Shown in pieces: positions 50,277 through 56,836 of a DNA stretch of 64,000 nt (the stretch's first letter is position 1; every line of letters starts with the position of its first letter). A program made the position numbers and the translations under genes. Source of the stretch: Pseudomonadales bacterium (GTDB lineage Bacteria; Pseudomonadota; Gammaproteobacteria; Pseudomonadales; UBA7239); NCBI GenBank assembly GCA_028280345.1, contig JANQLY010000008.1, positions 29,198 through 93,197 of the forward strand. The letters run 5' to 3'. Under the pieces are notes generated by a model. That model made no database searches, had not been told where the DNA came from, and saw nothing but the letters and a program-made list of their open reading frames with translations.

Positions 50277-52082
50277 TTAATTAGTTACTAACTCTAGTTG
50301 ATTAGCTTTACTGGAAAGCACTCTATATAAAGCTTGATTGTATGGATCATTGCCAGCCACTCTGCCAATTAGATTCTGCACGGTCTCATCATCCACTAAA
50401 TTTAAATACTCAATCCACACTTTGTAGATCAAGTCTTTTGTATCGGGAATTCGCTTAAAAAAAGCGTGAGGGGCAGCTCCTTGCGCCTGAGCTTCATAAT
50501 TGTCAGCAAACAACTGCCTTACTTCATCAAATGGCGTACTAAATGTTAATGCAATATCCGCCTCACTCAACAATGAATCACCATCAATTTCATCTTTAAA
50601 GTGCTTCATAAGAATAGAAATGATGGCGTAGCTGCAATGCCTGTAAACAAGCTTTTCTGGGCTAATTGATCCTTTTTCAGCAGTCAGAATAAGCTTATGC
50701 AATTGCTCATAAACCAATGTAGCGTTAACGGCTTTGATGCCAGTTAAATCATCGGTAAATATTTTTTTATAGGCTTCCGAATTAACAGTCGTAAACTGAC
50801 TCGGATCAGATTTCAATCTTGCCGGATATCGTATATCAACATATAAACAACCCAAAGCCTTTGATAAGCTTTCAATCGTTATCACCTTAACGCCTGTGGT
50901 CGAAACTCTCTGTGGTCGGTAATGGTACTCTACGCCATAGAGTTTAATTTCTTGACGCAATCTCTCTTGATTGTCATCAAGAGCAGCAAAATTGGATAGC
51001 TCAACAGGGTTTTGTAAGTTTCTAGCCTTTGTTACTTTCTTATGAAATTGCTCTTGCCCTGTATTAATAAGGGTTACCATGACTTGAGCTGTAGATATGT
51101 CTGCGTCTGGGTGCTCATCAACGAATTGTGAGGCCGACGAAATTGTCTGAGCCCCATTAACCACCGAAAGCCCGAGAACATTAAAATTTTTAGTCAATGT
51201 TGAACCCCTAACATTTGACTTTGCCTCTACATGATTGCCAACCATTGTTATGCCATTATTTAAATACTGAAAATTTTCAGGCTCATTAACTAATGTATCT
51301 CTTATTGCAGTGTTTACCCCTCTCTTTCCGGAGCCGATATAATATCGAATATTCTTTTCGTAAAGCTTTTTCCCATGCTTTTCGTATAAACCCACCAATT
51401 CACTGACCCTCATAAGCCCAAAGACAGAATATCGAGGGCTGCTTGAAGTGCGGTATTTATGGATTTTTACTTTTTCATTAATTGGTCGTACTGCACTTTC
51501 TTCCCTCAAGGCCGCTTCAATATCATCTGCACCAAATACGATAGGGTCTACTTGTAACTGCTCTTCACCACCATCAATTAAATCTTGCAGCTTTTGTCTT
51601 AGCTCATTCGATGCCTGCTGAGAAACCCCGTCTCCAGTACAAGCAATCAAAAGACATATTTTTTCACACTCATCAAGTGCATTCTCAATGTACTGCTCAA
51701 TATTTTTTACATTTTGGTTAAATGAATCAAAGTCTTTTGCAAGAATAAGCTCCAATCCGCTGATTAACGCCTGCGCTTCAGACAATTTAAATTGCTCGCT
51801 CTCTTTAAGTTTGGATTGAATTATGTAGAGCGTTTTACTTGCATCATCATAATAAAAAGCATCAATTCCATGATCCTCATAATCATCAACAACCAAACGA
51901 GAAGCCGTTAAAGCGTCCACTTCAAACTTAGTACTAATAGCATAGGCACTGAGTGCTCTAGATATTTCTTTTGTTGCCGCATCTACTGGGTTAGCATTCC
52001 CCAATAATGGCGGAAGATGGGGAACATACCTCTCATCCAAAATCTTCTTCAAGGCAGTTATCATTGCGGGCTGCATAGCCAT
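50277..52082 (-). CDS. AIPR-like (abortive infection phage resistance family) protein with a possible N-terminal D...QxK nuclease-like motif
   Basis: 601 aa. YLNNGITMVGN and LSVVNGAQTISS match AIPR-family signatures as I remember them. The N-terminus has HGIDAFYYDD...LYIIQSKL. Its start codon overlaps the SNF2 stop (TAATG at 52080-52084). Confidence 0.6.
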   Translation of the reverse strand: MAMQPAMITALKKILDERYVPHLPPLLGNANPVDAATKEISRALSAYAISTKFEVDALTASRLVVDDYEDHGIDAFYYDDASKTLYIIQSKLKESEQFKLSEAQALISGLELILAKDFDSFNQNVKNIEQYIENALDECEKICLLIACTGDGVSQQASNELRQKLQDLIDGGEEQLQVDPIVFGADDIEAALREESAVRPINEKVKIHKYRTSSSPRYSVFGLMRVSELVGLYEKHGKKLYEKNIRYYIGSGKRGVNTAIRDTLVNEPENFQYLNNGITMVGNHVEAKSNVRGSTLTKNFNVLGLSVVNGAQTISSASQFVDEHPDADISTAQVMVTLINTGQEQFHKKVTKARNLQNPVELSNFAALDDNQERLRQEIKLYGVEYHYRPQRVSTTGVKVITIESLSKALGCLYVDIRYPARLKSDPSQFTTVNSEAYKKIFTDDLTGIKAVNATLVYEQLHKLILTAEKGSISPEKLVYRHCSYAIISILMKHFKDEIDGDSLLSEADIALTFSTPFDEVRQLFADNYEAQAQGAAPHAFFKRIPDTKDLIYKVWIEYLNLVDDETVQNLIGRVAGNDPYNQALYRVLSSKANQLELVTN

Positions 52083-54934
52083 TACGCCACCTCCCAGTGT
52101 ATTGACAATATTTCTGACTCAGATACCTTCTGAACCAACTTATCTTCTAAACCCTGAATCAAAGTATCACGACGCACATCAACCTCGTCCTGCCTATCAA
52201 AAAGCTCTCTTCTTAACTTATTCCGCTTCTTTTCCATTTCCTTTTGCTGCTTCTGTAAATCAAGCTTTTCTTCTAGGGTCATCACAAATTTGGCCATTTT
52301 ACGAACCCCATTAATTTCCTTTTCGAGTTCCTTTATTTCCTGCTCTATGCCCTGTTTCTGGTCATCCGCCCAAGCATCAAGCTTATCTATCTCTTCACTA
52401 AAAAACTCAAGGTTACGGCTATTAATAGCCTCGATAACCGTCTGCTTCTCATCTTCCAACCTTTTATTAAGCGATTCCGGTATAACCCCATCAGCTTCTC
52501 CAACCACTTCAGCAGAATACATCCACAAAGACTCAACCTGATCTCTATTTAAAAACTCGCCATCTTCAGACTGAGAGACCATTACAATAACGTCCTCAAC
52601 CTCACCAAATGTCTCAACAGAAAGTAGCAGCATTCTCAGCCACCCAGACTCTCCGACTAGGGTCTCAACCTTTGTGGAAGAAACTGGGTTGTTAGAGTAA
52701 TCAAACCTGATTGTAGAGAACGGTAGCTCCTGAGCCTTGGCACTATCAATGATCGCGCCTGCCAATGGATGCCTGACTCCAAAGGCATGAGCATCTTCAA
52801 TGTTCTTTCCTATCTCATAGTCGCCCAGCGGTATGCTTGCTTCAGCTAATGGCGGCAGCCCCTTTAAAGAAAACCTATGGCGACTCGCATCGAATTCTGC
52901 AAAGCCTTCAAGTCTATTCTTCGACAAATCCCATAACCTCTGGCTATATTTATCCAGATATGCCTTGCTTTCCCTTAAATTAACCTTGAGTTTGTCATGA
53001 ACTTCGGCATCGAAATTTTCCAGCAATTTCTGTCTGGTTGAATCCATTGCAACATTTATTTGTTCATCCAGCTCTGACCTTAGCTCCTCAAACTGAAAGT
53101 CAATTTGCTCAGGCTCTCGGCACGTCTGGTATATATCAACAATTCGATTTTCAAATTCCACCCCAGACTCAATAGCCCCTAGAACTTCATCACTTGCACC
53201 AAAGACTCCGCTGAATAGATTGAATTTTTGATCCAGAAGCTCAAACACTCGTTGATCTGCCGCATTAGCCCTATTTAAAAAGTTTATAACCACTACGTCA
53301 TGTTTCTGACCATAGCGATGGCATCGGCCAATGCGCTGCTCAATCCTTTGAGGGTTCCATGGGAGATCATAATTTACCAGTAGGGAGCAGAACTGAAGAT
53401 TGATGCCCTCTGCTGCCGCTTCTGTCGCAATCATAATCTGCGCATCTTCACGAAAATAATCTACCAAAGCCGCTCTCATATCCGCAGTTCGAGACCCCGT
53501 TACCCGATCACTACCGGCATACGCCTCTTTCCAGTCTGAATATATCTGCTTTGATTTTTCATCATTATTTGAACCATTAAACAAGACAATTTTATCTTGA
53601 TAGCCTCGATCACCAAGCAGCTTAACCAAGTAGTTCTGCGTTCGCCTTGATTCTGTAAAGATAATTGCCTTGTTAGCCGCACCTAACTCCTCTGCTTTTT
53701 TGAAACCTGTTTCTAGCGCATCTATCAATGCCAATCCCTTAGCATTCTCGGTAATAGACACAGCTAAATCTTTGAAAACGGTAAGCTCACCAATCTCTTC
53801 ATTTATTGCTGCAATATCTTCTTCTGTTAGAGGCTCATTTTCATCCTCTATCTCAAACTCATCCTCATACTCTTCCAGTAATTCAAAATCTTCTTCTAGT
53901 GACTCCAGCCTATCGACCAGCCTCTGATTCTCCTTAAGCTGCCTATTCAACTTGTTGACCAGAGAATCTAGTGCTCCAGCTATCGCAAAAGTCGATGAGG
54001 CCAATAATTTTCTCATCACCAGTGTCATCAGCTTACGCTGGGCATTCGGTAATGCACACAGCTCAGGTCTTTGAAGATAACCAGATACCATGTCATACAA
54101 ATCTTGCTCATCTTGAGTTGGCCAGAACTCTTGAGTGATGGGCAATCGGTTCGTATATTTCACATACTCAAGCACCTGTCTTCTCAATGTCCTATGACAC
54201 AGAGGGCTTAAACGAACTTTTAATTCCGCAAACTGAGAATCATTGGTGATTCTCGAATACTGAGCTTTGAAACTTTTCTCATCCCCAAATGCAAATTCGT
54301 CAATAAAGCTCACCAATCCATACAACTCCATCAACGAATTTTGCAAAGGGGTTGCGGTAAGAAGAACTTTGGGTACGTTTGCAAGTGCCGTCCTTAAGGC
54401 TCTGGCTGTTTTATTCTGCTTCTTATATACATTTCTCAGACGATGCGCCTCATCCAGAATGACAAGGTCCCACTTCACCAACATCAATTCTTCTGCATGG
54501 CGAGCAGCAAATGGATAGGAACAAATCAAAATCTCAGTATGCTCAAACGGGTTTGACTTGCCCTGCTTGATGGCACTGTTCCACGTACGCGCTTCCAGAA
54601 TATATGATGGCAAAAAGAATTTATCGGCAAGCTCCTGACTCCACTGCTTCCTTAAACTGGCGGGCACGATAATTATTATTCTTCTCTTACCCTCAGCCCA
54701 TTTCTGCGATAACACCAAACCCGCCTCAATAGTCTTACCCAAGCCAACTTCATCGGCCAGTATTGCCCCATTGGATAGTGGAGACTTAAAGGCAAACAGG
54801 GCCGCTTCTACCTGATGCGGATTTAAATCAACCTGAGCATCCATCAATGTACCGGCAAACTTCTCCATGCTGTCTGAGGAGCATCGCTTGCTAAGCTCAT
54901 GAGCGAAATATTTAGCGTGGTAGTCGGTAATCAC
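52082..54934 (-). CDS. SNF2-family helicase with a ~350-aa uncharacterised C-terminal extension ending in a coiled coil
   Basis: 950 aa. Motif I is LADEVGLGKTIEAG, II is LDEAHRLRN, III is LLTATPLQNSLMELY, and V/VI is ATEAAAEGINLQ...WNPQRIEQRIGRCHRYGQK. The C-terminus is rich in E/K heptads (EIKELEKEINGVRK...KQQKEMEKKRNKLRREL). Confidence 0.88.
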   Translation of the reverse strand: MITDYHAKYFAHELSKRCSSDSMEKFAGTLMDAQVDLNPHQVEAALFAFKSPLSNGAILADEVGLGKTIEAGLVLSQKWAEGKRRIIIIVPASLRKQWSQELADKFFLPSYILEARTWNSAIKQGKSNPFEHTEILICSYPFAARHAEELMLVKWDLVILDEAHRLRNVYKKQNKTARALRTALANVPKVLLTATPLQNSLMELYGLVSFIDEFAFGDEKSFKAQYSRITNDSQFAELKVRLSPLCHRTLRRQVLEYVKYTNRLPITQEFWPTQDEQDLYDMVSGYLQRPELCALPNAQRKLMTLVMRKLLASSTFAIAGALDSLVNKLNRQLKENQRLVDRLESLEEDFELLEEYEDEFEIEDENEPLTEEDIAAINEEIGELTVFKDLAVSITENAKGLALIDALETGFKKAEELGAANKAIIFTESRRTQNYLVKLLGDRGYQDKIVLFNGSNNDEKSKQIYSDWKEAYAGSDRVTGSRTADMRAALVDYFREDAQIMIATEAAAEGINLQFCSLLVNYDLPWNPQRIEQRIGRCHRYGQKHDVVVINFLNRANAADQRVFELLDQKFNLFSGVFGASDEVLGAIESGVEFENRIVDIYQTCREPEQIDFQFEELRSELDEQINVAMDSTRQKLLENFDAEVHDKLKVNLRESKAYLDKYSQRLWDLSKNRLEGFAEFDASRHRFSLKGLPPLAEASIPLGDYEIGKNIEDAHAFGVRHPLAGAIIDSAKAQELPFSTIRFDYSNNPVSSTKVETLVGESGWLRMLLLSVETFGEVEDVIVMVSQSEDGEFLNRDQVESLWMYSAEVVGEADGVIPESLNKRLEDEKQTVIEAINSRNLEFFSEEIDKLDAWADDQKQGIEQEIKELEKEINGVRKMAKFVMTLEEKLDLQKQQKEMEKKRNKLRRELFDRQDEVDVRRDTLIQGLEDKLVQKVSESEILSIHWEVA

Positions 54935-54937
54935 AGA

Positions 54938-55129
54938 TCAACTGTCCTTGTCCTCAGATTGGTTATGATGGTCATCCATCCATTGCTCTAATTCAGACTT
55001 CTTAAAACGCCAACTACCCCCTACTTTGAAGCCAGGTATCTTTCCTGCAGCTGCCAGTCTATAGGTGGTCTTTTCAGCGAGCTTTAAGTATTCAGCCACC
55101 TCTTTAAGGGTGAAAATTTCATCATCCAT
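54938..55129 (-). CDS. Small excisionase/MerR-type helix-turn-helix DNA-binding protein
   Basis: The track ORF extends to 55237, but the conserved part starts at ATG 55129: MDDEIFTLKEVAEYLKLAEKTTYRLAAAGKIPGFKVGGSWRFKKSELEQWMD (63 aa). It ends 3 nt before the SNF2 start. Confidence 0.75.
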   Translation of the reverse strand: MDDEIFTLKEVAEYLKLAEKTTYRLAAAGKIPGFKVGGSWRFKKSELEQWMDDHHNQSEDKDS

Positions 55130-55314
55130 TAATATGTTCTCAATATTTCCGCTTGAGAGAATAGTTGAAAAATGGGGAAATGACAAACCTATAGTTTTAG
55201 TATGGTTATACACCCTAATCTTTGTGCTTATTAGCAATTAGGTATTAGGAAAAAAGACCGGATCAGCCCTCTGAACCAGCCTTTCACGTGTCTGTCAGTT
55301 TATGTATTGCCATT

Positions 55315-55364
55315 TGTTGGTATCACGCCTAAATTGAACCAAGAATACCAACACGATACCAACA
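55315..55364. promoter_or_regulatory. 10-bp perfect inverted repeat TGTTGGTATC (55315-55324) / GATACCAACA (55355-55364) with a 30-bp spacer, plus a third ATACCAAC copy at 55345-55352. It is a candidate operator or recombination site upstream of the operon.
   Basis: Read directly. It lies ~80-235 bp upstream of the HTH gene start candidates, and its right arm coincides with the right island direct repeat. Confidence 0.45.
55346..55363. repeat. Right copy of the island-flanking direct repeat
   Basis: The sequence is TACCAACACGATACCAAC. Confidence 0.6.
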
Positions 55365-55593
55365 ATTAGCGTTAATTCACAGGGTACGCATGGGACAATA
55401 TGGGACGTCAATATAGGTATAACTTATTGTTTTTATTGTATTTTAGGTACCACCATGGACGCCATGGGACCCAGTGGGAAACGAGGAGTGGTACCCAAAG
55501 CATTCGTTCTCCTCATGGGGCAGGCTCTACCCGGGGCTGGGCGAAACGGATCAGAAAACGATTGAGTATCGTTTTTCCGCTGAGCGCCCGAAG

Positions 55594-55615
55594 GGCCGGA
55601 ATAGTCCGGCCTTTT
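55594..55615 (+). terminator. GC-rich hairpin GGCCGGA-ATAG-TCCGGCC followed by TTTT on the plus strand. A second, weaker hairpin AAAACGAT-TGAGT-ATCGTTTTT lies at ~55556-55577.
   Basis: The stem, loop and T-run were read directly. On the minus strand (the tRNA operon direction) only the second hairpin is followed by a U-tract, so which transcript these terminate is unclear. Confidence 0.4.
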
Positions 55616-55671
55616 CAACCTCTGTAATGCGAATCCTGAAAAGCGAAAGAAAAATATAGCTTTATTGAAGT

Positions 55672-55758
55672 TGGTGCCCGGGGCCGGACTTGAACCGGCA
55701 CGGCCGTGAAGCCGGGAGATTTTAAGTCTCCTGTGTCTACCAATTCCACCACCCGGGC
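55672..55758 (-). tRNA. leuZ: tRNA-Leu, anticodon UAA (type II, long variable arm)
   Basis: The reverse complement is GCCCGGGTGGTGGAATTGGTAGACACAGGAGACTTAAAATCTCCCGGCTTCACGGCCGTGCCGGTTCAAGTCCGGCCCCGGGCACCA. It has a 7-bp acceptor stem, anticodon loop CTTAAAA and an encoded CCA, and it closely resembles E. coli leuZ. Confidence 0.93.
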
Positions 55759-55834
55759 CACGAGAGGTATTTATCCACGAAGGTAGTTCGTGCCTGCCCC
55801 TGGTTTTTGGCGCTATCACGCCAGACTGGGAAAA

Positions 55835-55908
55835 TGGAGGCGCGGGTCGGAATCGAACCGGCGTACACGGAGTTGCAGTCCGCTGCATAACCACTCTGCC
55901 ACCGCGCC
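55835..55908 (-). tRNA. cysT: tRNA-Cys, anticodon GCA
   Basis: The reverse complement is GGCGCGGTGGCAGAGTGGTTATGCAGCGGACTGCAACTCCGTGTACGCCGGTTCGATTCCGACCCGCGCCTCCA. It folds as a cloverleaf with one C-A mismatch in the T stem, and CCA is encoded. Confidence 0.9.
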
Positions 55909-55920
55909 TTTAATCTGTGT

Positions 55921-56041
55921 GGCCCGCTCTTCCATCTGCGAGCCGCGTGTCCGGCGTACACGGAGCACCCAAAACACTCAATGGCTCTCCGAGCCGTTTC
56001 GCGGGGCAAGCTTTTGCAGTCCTTGATAACCACACCACCGC
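55921..56041 (-). pseudogene. Decayed tRNA-Cys-like relic (5' half with a GCA anticodon context, ~50-nt insertion, T-arm deleted)
   Basis: The reverse complement is GCGGTGGTGTGGTTATCAAGGACTGCAAAAGC...[~50 nt]...GCTCCGTGTACGCCGGACACGCGGCTCGCAGATGG. It aligns piecewise with the adjacent tRNA-Cys (GCGGTGG, GGTTAT, GGACTGCAA, CTCCGTGTACGCCGG, CGCGxCTCxCA) but cannot fold into a cloverleaf. Confidence 0.45.
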
Positions 56042-56167
56042 TTTGATTTTTCTGGCCCCGCTATCCCTATACCTTACCTACAAATTGGCGGGCCATAACC
56101 GGCTAACCCGGTGAATGGCGGGCTATTCTAGGGCCTGGCCACGATTAGTCAATGCCTATTTGGGCGT

Positions 56168-56737
56168 TTACTTGCCGGGTGCGGTCATTCCTTCGCGCAG
56201 TTTTGGCCAGGCAGCCTTGAGATAGAGGAAAGCTGACCAAATTGTGAGCAATACCGCCAGATACAGGCAAACATAGCCGATTTTCTCCATGATCTGGCCG
56301 CTGCCCGGGATCACTGCAAGCAGGATAAGGATTGAGGCCATCTGCATGGTGGTTTTGACCTTGCCGATATAGGAGACCGCCACACTCGCGCGCTGGCCAA
56401 TTTCGGCCATCCATTCACGCAGGGCGGATATCAACAGCTCGCGGGAGACGATTACCGCTGCAGGTATCGAGAAAATCGGGGTGTCGTAGCGTTCGATCAT
56501 CAGCACGAGCACCACTGCCACCATGATTTTATCGGCTACGGGGTCGAGGAAGGCGCCAAATGGCGTAGCCTGGTCAAGTTTGCGGGCAAGATAGCCATCA
56601 AACCAGTCGGTGACTGCGGCAACCGCAAACACGACTGCGGAGGCCAGATAGCTCCATTCATAGGGCAAATAGAAGAACACCACAAACAGCGGGATCAGAA
56701 AGATGCGGAACAGTGTCAGGGTGTTGGGTATATTCAT
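56168..56737 (-). CDS. pgsA: CDP-diacylglycerol--glycerol-3-phosphate 3-phosphatidyltransferase
   Basis: 189 aa with MNIPNTLTLFRIFLIPLFV and the CDP-alcohol phosphotransferase motif DWFDGYLARK...GAFLDPVADK. Its position upstream of the tRNA cluster matches E. coli. Confidence 0.93.
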   Translation of the reverse strand: MNIPNTLTLFRIFLIPLFVVFFYLPYEWSYLASAVVFAVAAVTDWFDGYLARKLDQATPFGAFLDPVADKIMVAVVLVLMIERYDTPIFSIPAAVIVSRELLISALREWMAEIGQRASVAVSYIGKVKTTMQMASILILLAVIPGSGQIMEKIGYVCLYLAVLLTIWSAFLYLKAAWPKLREGMTAPGK

Positions 56738-56836
56738 TCTGGTTTGGTGTACTGCCGTGCCGCCATTCTACCGGCTCACCCTGCCCCTGGCCAGTTTGAC
56801 CCGGATTCCTCTTAACGCAATATTAACTATCGTGAG

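Larger units (their letters stand above)
42166..55363. mobile_element. ~13.2-kb low-G+C genomic (defence) island bounded by an imperfect direct repeat. It has no integrase or transposase gene.
   Basis: TACAACAGCGATACCAAC (42166-42183) matches TACCAACACGATACCAAC (55346-55363) in the same orientation, with 17 matching positions and two 1-nt indels. The two copies bracket exactly the eight-gene operon. By eye the interior is markedly more AT-rich than the flanking core genes. The island sits between two conserved synteny blocks and 300 bp from tRNA-Leu. Confidence 0.55.

Noticed and set aside
42252-55237. Assignment of the island to BREX, DISARM, Dnd/Ssp or a plain type III R-M
   Set aside because: There is no PglZ/BrxC/BrxL, no DUF1998 helicase or PLD nuclease, and no DndACDE/SspBCD-like proteins. 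Plain type III systems have one Mod and one Res and lack the SNF2, AIPR, 217-aa and 441-aa genes. This rejection rests on motif reading only and needs confirmation by HMM.
55130-55237. N-terminal 36-codon extension of the HTH ORF (track start 55237), and likewise the 29-codon extension of uvrY (59539..59625)
   Set aside because: The extensions start at non-ATG codons, are hydrophobic or low-complexity, and precede the point where family-typical sequence begins at an internal ATG.
55433-56033. Minus-strand ORFs of 153 aa (55433..55894) and 98 aa (55737..56033), and plus-strand ORFs of 75, 61, 78 and 65 aa in the tRNA region
   Set aside because: They run straight through tRNA-Leu, tRNA-Cys and the tRNA relic. 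They are Arg/Pro/Gly-rich translations of structured RNA genes, not proteins.
55909-56167. Expected tRNA-Gly (glyW-like) between pgsA and tRNA-Cys
   Set aside because: No sequence resembling a tRNA-Gly acceptor, anticodon or T-arm was found. Only the tRNA-Cys-like relic and short hairpins (for example ACCGG-CTAAC-CCGGT at ~56098-56112) are present.
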